Source of the DNA: Eledone cirrhosa
Lineage: Eukaryota
DNA: 64,000 nucleotides
Assembly: GCA_964016885.1 (NCBI GenBank)
Contig: OZ024743.1
Location: 185,504,001 to 185,568,000 of the forward strand
Direction: 5' to 3'
Of this stretch, positions 1 through 12,100 are shown piece by piece (position 1 is the first letter of the stretch; the number at the start of each line of letters is the position of its first letter). The translations under genes were made by a program, and so were the position numbers. Below the pieces are notes generated by a model. It did not search any database. It saw nothing but the letters and a program-made list of their open reading frames with translations, and was not told the origin of the DNA.

Positions 1-2200
1 TTAACAGTGTTGTTGAGTGAGATTCTAGCATGGCATAAACGTTAACAGTGTTGTTGAGTGAGATCCTAGTATAGCATAAACGTTAACAGTGTTGTTGAGT
101 GAGATTCTAGTATGGCATAAACGTTAACAGTTTTGGTGAGTGAGATTCTAGTATGGCATAAACGTTAACAGTGTTGTTGAGTGAGATTCTAGTATGGCAT
201 AAACGTTAACAGTGTTGGTGAGTGAGATTCTAGTATGGCATATACATTAACAGTGTTGTTGATTGAGATTCTAGTATGGCATACACATTAACAGTGTTGT
301 TGAGTGAGATTCTAGTATGGCATAAACGTTAACAGAGTTGGTGAGTGAGATTCTAGTATGGCATAAACGTTAACAGTGTTGTTGAGTGAGATTCTAGCAT
401 GGCATAAACGTTAACAGTGTTGTTGAGTGAGATCCTAGTATGGCATAAACGTTAACAGTGTTGTTGAGTGAGATTCTAGTATGGCATAAACGTTAACAGT
501 GTTGGTGAGCGAGATTCTAGTATGGCATAAACGTTAACAGTGTTGTTGAGTGAGATTCTAGTATGGCATAAACGTTAACAGTGTTGGTGAGTGAGATTCT
601 AGTATGGCATAAACGTTAACAGTATTGGTGAGTGAGATTCTAGTATGGCATAAACGTTAACAGTGTTGGTGAGTCAGATTCTAGCATGGCATAAACGTTA
701 ACAGTGTTGGTGAGTGAGATTCTAGCATGGCATAAACGTTAACAGTGTTGGTGAGTGAGATTCTAGTATCGCATAAACGGTAACAGTGTTGGTGAGTCAG
801 ATTCTAGTATGGCATAAACGTTAACAGTGTTGGTGAGTGAGATTCTAGTATGGCATAAACGTTAACAATGTTGGTGAGTCAGATTCTAGCATGGCATAAA
901 CTTAAACAGTTTTGTTGAGTCAGATTCTAGTATGGCATAAACGTTAACAGTGTTGGTGAGTGAGATTCTAGTATGGCATAAACGTTAACAGTGTTGGTGA
1001 GTGAGATTCTAGTATGGCATAAAAGTTAACAGTTTTGTTGAGTCAGATTCTAGCATGGCATAAACGTTAACAGTGTTGGTGAGTGAGATTCTAGTATGGC
1101 ATAAACGTTAACAGTGTTGGTGAGTGAGATTCTAGTATGGCATAAACGTTAACAGTTTTGTTGAGTCAGATTCTAGTATGGCATAAACGTTAACAGTGTT
1201 GGTGAGTGAGATTCTAGTATGGCATAAACGTTAACAGTGTTGGTGAGTGAGATTCTAGTATGGCATAAACGTTAACAGTTTTGTTGAGTCAGATTCTAGC
1301 ATGGCATAAACGTTAACAGTGTTGGTGAGTGAGATTCTAGTATGGCATAAACGTTAACAGTGTTGGTGAGTGAGATTCTAGCATGGCATAAACGTTAACA
1401 GTTTTGGTGAGTGAGATTCTAGTATGGCATAAACGTTAACAGTGTTGGTGAGTGAGATTCTAGCATGGCATAAACGTTAACAGTGTTGGTGAGTGAGATT
1501 CTAGCATGGCATAAACGTTAACAGTGTTGGTGAGTGAGATTCTAGTATGGCATAAACGTTAACAGTGTTTGTGAGTGAGATTCTAGTATGGCATAAACGT
1601 TAACAGTGTTGTTGAGTGAGATTCTAGTATGGCATAAACGTTAACAGTGTTGGTGAGTGAGATTCTAGTATGGCATAAACGTTAACAGTATTGGTGAGTG
1701 AGATTCTAGTATGGCATAAACGTTAACTGTGTTGGTGAGTCAGATTCTAGCATGGCATAAACGTTAACAGTGTTGTTGAGTGAGATTCTAGCATGGCATA
1801 AACGTTAACAATGTTGGTGAGTCAGATTCTAGCATGGCATAAACGTTAACAGTATTGGTGAGTGAGATTCTAGTATGGCATAAACGTTAACAGTGTTGGT
1901 GAGTCAGATTCTAGTATGGCATAAACGTTAACAATGTTGGTGAGTGAGATCCTAGTATGGCATAAACGTTAACAGTGTTGTTGAGTGCGATTCTAGTATG
2001 GCATAAACGTTAACAGTGTTGGTGAGTGAGATTCTAGTATGGCATAAACGTTAACGGTGTTGTTGAGTGAGATTCTAGTATGGCATAAACGTTAACAGTG
2101 TTGGTGAGTGAGATTATAGTATGGCATAAACGTTAACAGTGTTGGTGAGTGAGATTCTAGTATGGCATACACATTAACAGTGTTGTTGATTGAGGTTCTA
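1..2200 (+). repeat. Block homologous to about 8320-10520 (offset 8318, 203 monomers)
   Basis: AGATCCTAGTATAG 61/8379, CTTAAAC 901/9219 and GTGCGA 1985/10302 (offset 8317 after the 1-bp deletion at 9721). Confidence 0.88.
901..1430 (+). repeat. 123-bp trimer higher-order unit x4 (variant monomer ACAGTTTTGTTGAGTCAG followed by two G-type monomers)
   Basis: The TTTTGTTGAGTCAG monomer recurs every third monomer at about 910, 1033, 1156 and 1279. The same cassette recurs at about 9220, 13360, 25450 and 29590, and in shortened form later. Confidence 0.88.
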
Positions 2201-3109
2201 GTATGGCATAAACGTTAACAGTGTTGGTGAGTGAGATTCTAGCATGGCATAAACGTTAACAATGTTGGTGAGTGAGATCCTAGTATGGCATAAACGTTAA
2301 CAGTGTTGTTGAGTGAGATTCTAGTATGGCATAAACGTTAACAGTGTTGGTGAGTGAGATTCTAGTATGGCATAAACGTTAACAGTGTTGTTGAGTGAGA
2401 TTCTAGTATGGCATAAACGTTAACAGTGTTGGTGAGTGAGATTATAGTATGGCATAAACGTTAACAGTGTTGGTGAGTGAGATTCTAGTATGGCATACAC
2501 ATTAACAGTGTTGTTGATTGAGATTCTAGTATGGCATACACATTAACAGTGTTGTTGAGTGAGATTCTAGTATGGCATAAACGTTAACAGTGTTGGTGAG
2601 TGAGATTCTAGCATGGCATAAACGTTAACAGTGTTGGTGAGTGAGATTCTAGTATGGCATAAACATTAACAGAGTTGGTGAGTGAGATTCTAGTATGGCA
2701 TAAACGTTAACAGTGTTGTTGAGTGAGATTCTAGCATGGCATAAACGTTAACAGTGTTGTTGAGTGAGATCCTAGTTTGGCATAAACGTTAACAGTGTTG
2801 TTGAGTGAGATTCTAGTATGGCATAAACGTTAACAGTGTTGTTGAGTGAGATCCTAGTATGGCATACACGTTAACAGTGTTCGTGAGTGAGATTCTAGTA
2901 TGGCATAAACGTTAACGGTGTTGGTGAGTGAGATTCTAGTATGGCATAAACGTTAACAGTGTTCGTGAGTGAGATTCTAGTATGGCATAAACGTTAACAG
3001 TGTTGTTGAGTGAGATTCTAGCATGGCATACACGTTAACAGTGTTGGTGAGTGAGATTCTAGTATGGCATAAACTTTAACAGTGTTGTTGAGTGAGATTC
3101 TAGCATGGC

Positions 3110-6100
3110 ATAAACGTTAACAGTGTTGGTGAGTGAGATTCTAGCATGACATAAACGTTAACAGTGTTGTTGAGTGAGATTCTAGCATGGCATAAACGTT
3201 GACAGTGTTGGTGAGTGAGATTCTAGCATGGCATAAACGTTGACAGTATTGGTGAGTGAGATTCTAGTATGGCATAAACGTTAACAGTGTTGTTGAGTGA
3301 GATTCTAGTATGGCATAAACGTTAACAGTGTTGTTGAGTGAGATTCTAGTATGGCATAAACGTTAACAGTGTTGATGAGTGAGATTCTAGCATGGCATAA
3401 ACGTTAACAGTGTTGGTGAGTGAGATTCTAGTATGGCATAAACGTTAACAGAGTTGGTGAGCGAGATTCTAGTATGGCATAAACGTTAACAGTGTTGTTG
3501 AGTGAGATTCTAGCATGGCATAAACGTTAACAGTGTTGTTGAGTGAGATCCTAGAATGGCATAAACGTTAACAGTGTTGTTGAGTGAGATTCTAGTATGG
3601 CATAAACGTTAACAGTGTTGGTGAGTGAGATTGTAGTATGGCATAAACGTTAACAGTGTTGTTGAGTGAGATTCTAGTATGGCATAAACGTTAACAGTGT
3701 TGGTGAGTGAGATTATAGTATGGCATAAACGTTAACAGTGTTGGTGAGTGAGATTCTAGTATGGCATACACATTAACAGTGTTGTTGATTGAGATTCTAG
3801 TATGGCATACACATTAACAGTGTTGTTGAGTGAGATTCTAGTATGGCATAAACGTTAACAGTGTTGGTGTGTGAGATTCTAGTATGGCATAAACGTTAAC
3901 AGTGTTGATGAGTGAGATTCTAGCATGGCATAAACGTTAACAGTGTTGGTGAGTGAGATTCTAGTATCGCATAAACGTTAACAGTGTTGGTGAGTAAGAT
4001 TCTAGTATGGCATAAACGTTAACAGTGTTGGTGAGTGAGATTCTAGTATGGCATAAACGTTAACAGTGTTGGTGAGTGAGATTATAGTATGGCATAAACG
4101 TTAACAGTGTTGGTGAGTGAGATTCTAGTATGGCATAAACGTTAACAGTGTTGGTGAGTCAGATTCTAGTATGGCATAAACGTTAACAGTGTTGGTGAGT
4201 GAGTTCTAGTATGGCATAAACGTTAACAATGTTGGTGAGTCAGATTCTAGCATGGCATAAACGTTAACAGTTTTGTTGAGTCAGATTCTACTATGGCATA
4301 AACGTTAACAGTGTTGGTGAGTGAGATTCTAGTATGGCATAAACGTTAACAGTGTTGGTGAGTGAGATTCTAGTATGGCATAAACATTAACAGAGTTGGT
4401 GAGTGAGATTCTAGCATGGCATAAACGTTAACAGTGTTGTTGAGTGAGATTCTAGTATGGCATAAACGTTAACAGTGTTGGTGAGTGAGATTCTAGTATG
4501 GCATAAACGTTAACAGTGTTGATGAGTGAGATTCTAGTATGGCATAAACGTTAACAGTGTTGGTGAGTGAGATTCTAGTATGGCATAAACGTTAACAGTG
4601 TTGGTGAGTCAGATTCTAGCATGGCATAAACGTCAACAGTGTTGTTGAGTGAGATTCTAGTATGGCATAAACGTTAACAGTGTTGATGAGTGAGATTCTA
4701 GCATGGCATAAACGTTAACAGTGTTGGTGAGTGAGATTCTAGTATCGCATAAACGTTAACAGTGTTGGTGAGTAAGATTCTAGTATGGCATAAACGTTAA
4801 CAGTGTTGTTGAGTGAGATTCTAGCATGGCATAAACGTTAACAGTGTTGTTGAGTGAGATCCTAGTATAGCATAAACGTTAACAGTGTTGTTGAGTGAGA
4901 TTCTAGTATGGCATAAACGTTAACAGTGTTGTTGAGTGAGATTCTAGCATGGCATACACGTTAACAGTGTTGTTGAGTGAGATTCTAGTATGGCATACAC
5001 GTTAACAGTGTTGTTGAGTGAGATTCTAGTATGGCATAAACGTTAACAGTGTTGGTGAGTGAGATTCTAGTATGGCATAAACGTTAACAGTGTTGTTGAG
5101 TGAGATTCTAGTATAGCATACACGTTAACAGTGTTCGTGAGTGAGATTCTAGTATGGCATAAACTTTAACAGTGTTGGTGAGTGAGATTCTAGTATGGCA
5201 TACACGTTAACAGTGTTCGTGAGTGAGATTCTAGTATGGCATAAACGTTAACAGTGTTGGTGAGTGAGATTCTAGTATGGCATAAACGTCAACAGTGTTG
5301 GTGAGTCAGATTCTAGCATGGCATAAACGTTAACAGTGTTGGTGAGTGAGATTCTAGCCTGACATAAACGTTAACAGTGTTGGTGAGTGAGATTCTAGTA
5401 TGGCATAAACGTTAACAGTGTTGGTGAGTGAGATTCTAGCATGGCATAAACGTTAAAAGTGTTGGTGAGTAAGATCTAGCATGGCATAAACGTTAACAGT
5501 GTTGGTGAGTGAGATTCTAGTATGGCATAAACGTTAACAGTGTTGTTGAGTGAGATTCTAGCATGGCATACACGTTAACAGTGTTGTTGAGTGACATTCT
5601 AGTATGGCATACACGTTAACAGTGTTGTTGAGTGAGATTCTAGTATGGCATAAACGTTAACAGTGTTGTTGAGTGAGATTCTAGCATGGCATACACGTTA
5701 ACAGTGTTGTTGAGTGAGATTCTAGTATGGCATACACGTTAACAGTGTTGTTGAGTGAGATTCTAGTATGGCATAAACGTTAACAGTGTTGGTGAGTGAG
5801 ATTCTAGTATGGCATAAACGTTAACTGTTGTTGAGTGAGATTCTAGTATAGCATACACGTTAACAGTGTTCGTGAGTGAGATTCTAGCATGGCATAAACG
5901 TTAACAGTGTTGTTGAGTGAGATTCTAGTATGGCATACACGTTAACAGTGTTCGTGAGTGAGATTCTAGTATGGCATAAACGTTAACAGTGTTGGTGAAT
6001 GAGATTCTAGTATGGCATACACGTTAACAGTGTTCGTGAGTGAGATTCTAGTATGGCAAAAACGTTAACAGTGTTGTTGAGTGAGATTCTAGCATGGCAT

Positions 6101-9100
6101 ACACGTTAACAGTGTTGGTGAGTGAGATTCTAGTATGGCATAAACTTTAACAGTGTTGTTGAGTGAGATTCTAGTATGGCATAAACGTTAACAGTGTTGT
6201 TGAGTGAGATTCTAGCATCGCATAAACGTTAACAGTGTTGGTGAGTGAGATTCTAGCATGACATAAACGTTAACAGTGTTGTTGAGTGAGATTCTAGCAT
6301 GGCATAAACGTTGACAGTGTTGGTGAGTGAGATTCTAGCATGGCATAAACGTTGGCAGTATTGGTGAGTGAGATTCTAGTATGGCATAAACGTTAACAGT
6401 GTTGTTGAGTGAGATTCTAGTATGGCATAAACGTTAACAGTGTTGTTGAGTGAGATTCTAGTATGGCATAAACGTTAACAGTGTTGATGAGTGAGATTCT
6501 AGCATGGCATAAACGTTAACAGTGTTGGTGAGTGAGATTCTAGTATGGCATAAACGTTAACAGAGTTGGTGAGCGAGATTCTAGTATGGCATAAACGTTA
6601 ACAGTGTTGTTGAGTGAGATTCTAGCATGGCATAAACGTTAACAGTGTTGTTGAGTGAGATCCTAGTATGGCATAAACGTTAACAGTGTTGTTGAGTGAG
6701 ATTCTAGTATGGCATAAACGTTAACAGTGTTGGTGAGTGAGATTGTAGTATGGCATAAACGTTAACAGTGTTGTTGAGTGAGATTCTAGTATGGCATAAA
6801 CGTTAACAGTGTTGGTGAGTGAGATTATAGTATGGCATAAACGTTAACAGTGTTGGTGAGTGAGATTCTAGTATGGCATACACATTAACAGTGTTGTTGA
6901 TTGAGATTCTAGTATGGCATACACATTAACAGTGTTGTTGAGTGAGATTCTAGTATGGCATAAACGTTAACAGTGTTGGTGTGTGAGATTCTAGCATGGC
7001 ATAAACGTTAACAGTGTTGGTGAGTGAGATTCTAGTATGGCATAAACATTAACAGAGTTGGTGAGTGAGATTCTAGTATGGCATAAACGTTAACAGTGTT
7101 GTTGAGTGAGATTCTAGCATGGCATAAACGTTAACAGTGTTGTTGAGTGAGATCCTAGTATGGCATAAACGTTAACAGTGTTGTTGAGTGAGATTCTAGT
7201 ATGGCATAAACGTTAACAGTGTTGGTGAGTGAGATTCTAGTATGGCATAAACGTTAACAGTGTTGATGAGTGAGATTCTAGTATGGCATAAACGTTAACA
7301 GTGTTGGTGAGTGAGATTCTAGTATGGCATAAACGTTAACAGTGTTGGTGAGTCAGATTCTAGCATGGCATAAACGTCAACAGTGTTGTTGAGTGAGATT
7401 CTAGTATGGCATAAACGTTAACAGTGTTGATGAGTGAGATTCTAGCATGGCATAAACGTTAACAGTGTTGGTGAGTGAGATTCTAGTATCGCATAAACGT
7501 TAACAGTGTTGGTGAGTAAGATTCTAGTATGGCATAAACGTTAACAGTGTTGGTGAGTGAGATTCTAGTATGGCATAAACGTTAACAGTGTTGGTGAGTG
7601 AGATTATAGTATGGCATAAACGTTAACAGTGTTGGTGAGTGAGATTCTAGTATGGCATAAACGTTAACAGTGTTGGTGAGTCAGATTCTAGTATGGCATA
7701 AACGTTAACAGTGTTGGTGAGTGAGTTCTAGTATGGCATAAACGTTAACAATGTTGGTGAGTCAGATTCTAGCATGGCATAAACGTTAACAGTTTTGTTG
7801 AGTCAGATTCTACTATGGCATAAACGTTAACAGTGTTGGTGAGTGAGATTCTAGTATGGCATAAACGTTAACAGTGTTGTTGAGTGAGATTCTAGTATGG
7901 CATAAACGTTAACAGTGTTGTTGAGTGAGATTCTAGCATGGCATAAACGTTAACAGTGTTGGTGAGTGAGATTCTAGCATGACATTAACGTTAACAGTGT
8001 TGTGGAGCGAGTTTCTAGCATGGCATAAACGTTGACAGTGTTGGTGAGTGAGATTCTAGCATGGCATAAACGTTGACAGTATTGGTGAGTGAGATTCTAG
8101 TATGGCATAAACGTTAACAGTGTTGTTGAGTGAGATTCTAGTATGGCATAAACGTTAACAGTGTTGTTGAGTGAGATTCTAGTATGGCATAAACGTTAAC
8201 AGTGTTGGTGAGTGAGATTCTAGCATGGCATAAACGTTAACAGTGTTGCTGAGTGAGATTCTAGTATGGCATAAACGTTTACAGAGTTGGTGAGTGAGAT
8301 TCTAGTATGGCATAAACGTTAACAGTGTTGTTGAGTGAGATTCTAGCATGGCATAAACGTTAACAGTGTTGTTGAGTGAGATCCTAGTATAGCATAAACG
8401 TTAACAGTGTTGTTGAGTGAGATTCTAGTATGGCATAAACGTTAACAGTTTTGGTGAGTGAGATTCTAGTATGGCATAAACGTTAACAGTGTTGTTGAGT
8501 GAGATTCTAGTATGGCATAAACGTTAACAGTGTTGGTGAGTGAGATTCTAGTATGGCATATACATTAACAGTGTTGTTGATTGAGATTCTAGTATGGCAT
8601 ACACATTAACAGTGTTGTTGAGTGAGATTCTAGTATGGCATAAACGTTAACAGAGTTGGTGAGTGAGATTCTAGTATGGCATAAACGTTAACAGTGTTGT
8701 TGAGTGAGATTCTAGCATGGCATAAACGTTAACAGTGTTGTTGAGTGAGATCCTAGTATGGCATAAACGTTAACAGTGTTGTTGAGTGAGATTCTAGTAT
8801 GGCATAAACGTTAACAGTGTTGGTGAGCGAGATTCTAGTATGGCATAAACGTTAACAGTGTTGTTGAGTGAGATTCTAGTATGGCATAAACGTTAACAGT
8901 GTTGGTGAGTGAGATTCTAGTATGGCATAAACGTTAACAGTATTGGTGAGTGAGATTCTAGTATGGCATAAACGTTAACAGTGTTGGTGAGTCAGATTCT
9001 AGCATGGCATAAACGTTAACAGTGTTGTTGAGTGAGATTCTAGCATGGCATAAACGTTAACAGTGTTGGTGAGTGAGATTCTAGTATCGCATAAACGTTA

Positions 9101-12100
9101 ACAGTGTTGGTGAGTCAGATTCTAGTATGGCATAAACGTTAACAGTGTTGGTGAGTGAGATTCTAGTATGGCATAAACGTTAACAATGTTGGTGAGTCAG
9201 ATTCTAGCATGGCATAAACTTAAACAGTTTTGTTGAGTCAGATTCTAGTATGGCATAAACGTTAACAGTGTTGGTGAGTGAGATTCTAGTATGGCATAAA
9301 CGTTAACAGTGTTGGTGAGTGAGATTCTAGTATGGCATAAAAGTTAACAGTTTTGTTGAGTCAGATTCTAGCATGGCATAAACGTTAACAGTGTTGGTGA
9401 GTGAGATTCTAGTATGGCATAAACGTTAACAGTGTTGGTGAGTGAGATTCTAGTATGGCATAAACGTTAACAGTTTTGTTGAGTCAGATTCTAGTATGGC
9501 ATAAACGTTAACAGTGTTGGTGAGTGAGATTCTAGTATGGCATAAACGTTAACAGTGTTGGTGAGTGAGATTCTAGTATGGCATAAACGTTAACAGTTTT
9601 GTTGAGTCAGATTCTAGCATGGCATAAACGTTAACAGTGTTGGTGAGTGAGATTCTAGTATGGCATAAACGTTAACAGTGTTGGTGAGTGAGATTCTAGC
9701 ATGGCATAAACGTTAACAGTTTGGTGAGTGAGATTCTAGTATGGCATAAACGTTAACAGTGTTGGTGAGTGAGATTCTAGCATGGCATAAACGTTAACAG
9801 TGTTGGTGAGTGAGATTCTAGCATGGCATAAACGTTAACAGTGTTGGTGAGTGAGATTCTAGTATGGCATAAACGTTAACAGTGTTTGTGAGTGAGATTC
9901 TAGTATGGCATAAACGTTAACAGTGTTGTTGAGTGAGATTCTAGTATGGCATAAACGTTAACAGTGTTGGTGAGTGAGATTCTAGTATGGCATAAACGTT
10001 AACAGTATTGGTGAGTGAGATTCTAGTATGGCATAAACGTTAACTGTGTTGGTGAGTCAGATTCTAGCATGGCATAAACGTTAACAGTGTTGTTGAGTGA
10101 GATTCTAGCATGGCATAAACGTTAACAATGTTGGTGAGTCAGATTCTAGCATGGCATAAACGTTAACAGTATTGGTGAGTGAGATTCTAGTATGGCATAA
10201 ACGTTAACAGTGTTGGTGAGTCAGATTCTAGTATGGCATAAACGTTAACAATGTTGGTGAGTGAGATCCTAGTATGGCATAAACGTTAACAGTGTTGTTG
10301 AGTGCGATTCTAGTATGGCATAAACGTTAACAGTGTTGGTGAGTGAGATTCTAGTATGGCATAAACGTTAACGGTGTTGTTGAGTGAGATTCTAGTATGG
10401 CATAAACGTTAACAGTGTTGGTGAGTGAGATTATAGTATGGCATAAACGTTAACAGTGTTGGTGAGTGAGATTCTAGTATGGCATACACATTAACAGTGT
10501 TGTTGATTGAGATTCTAGTATGGCATACACATTAACAGTGTTGTTGAGTGAGATTCTAGTATGGCATAAACGTTAACAGTGTTGGTGAGTGAGATTCTAG
10601 CATGGCATAAACGTTAACAATGTTGGTGAGTGAGATCCTAGTATGGCATAAACGTTAACAGTGTTGTTGAGTGAGATTCTAGTATGGCATAAACGTTAAC
10701 AGTGTTGGTGAGTGAGATTATAGTATGGCATAAACGTTAACAGTGTTGGTGAGTGAGATTCTAGTATGGCATACACCTTAACAGTGTTGTTGATTGAGAT
10801 TCTAGTATGGCATACACATTAACAGTGTTGTTGAGTGAGATTCTAGTATGGCATAAACGTTAACAGTGTTGGTGAGTGAGATTCTAGCATGGCATAAACG
10901 TTAACAGTGTTGGTGAGTGAGATTCTAGTATGGCATAAACATTAACAGAGTTGGTGAGTGAGATTCTAGTATGGCATAAACGTTAACAGTGTTGTTGAGT
11001 GAGATTCTAGCATGGCATAAACGTTAACAGTGTTGTTGAGTGAGATCCTAGTATGGCATAAACGTTAACAGTGTTGTTGAGTGAGATTCTAGTATGGCAT
11101 AAACGTTAACAGTGTTGTTGAGTGAGATTCTAGTATGGCATAAACGTTAACAGTGTTGATGAGTGAGATTCTAGCATGGCATAAACGTTAACAGTGTTGG
11201 TGAGTGAGATTCTAGTATGGCATAAACGTTAACAGTGTTGTTGAGTGAGATTCTAGCATGGCATAAACGTTGACAGTATTGGTGAGTGAGATTCTAGTAT
11301 GGCATAAACGTTAACAGTGTTGTTGAGTGAGATTCTAGTATGGCATAAACGTTAACAGTGTTGTTGAGTGAGATTCTAGTATGGCATAAACGTTAACAGT
11401 GTTGATGAGTGAGATTCTAGCATGGCATAAACGTTAACAGTGTTGGTGAGTGAGATTCTAGTATGGCATAAACGTTAACAGTGTTGTTGAGTGAGATTCT
11501 AGCATGGCATAAACGTTAACAGTGTTGTTGAGTGAGATCCTAGTATGGCATAAACGTTAACAGTGTTGTTGAGTGAGATTCTAGTATGGCATAAACGTTA
11601 ACAGTGTTGGTGAGTGAGATTGTATTATGGCATAAACGTTAACAGTGTTGTTGAGTGAGATTCTAGTATGGCATAAACGTTAACAGTGTTGGTGAGTGAG
11701 ATTATAGTATGGCATAAACGTTAACAGTGTTGGTGAGTGAGATTCTAGTATGGCATACACATTAACAGTGTTGTTGAGTGAGATTCTAGCATGGCATAAA
11801 CGTCAACAGTGTTGTTGAGTGAGATTCTAGTATAGCATACACGTTAACAGTGTTCGTGAGTGAGATTCTAGTATGGCATAAACTTTAACAGTGTTGGTGA
11901 GTGAGATTCTAGTATGGCATACACGTTAACAGTGTTGGTGAGTGAGATTCTAGTATGGCATAAACGTTAACAGTGTTGGTGAGTGAGATTCTAGTATGGC
12001 ATAAACGTCAACAGTGTTGGTGAGTCAGATTCTAGCATGGCATAAACGTTAACAGTGTTGGTGAGTGAGATTCTAGCCTGACATAAACGTTAACAGTGTT

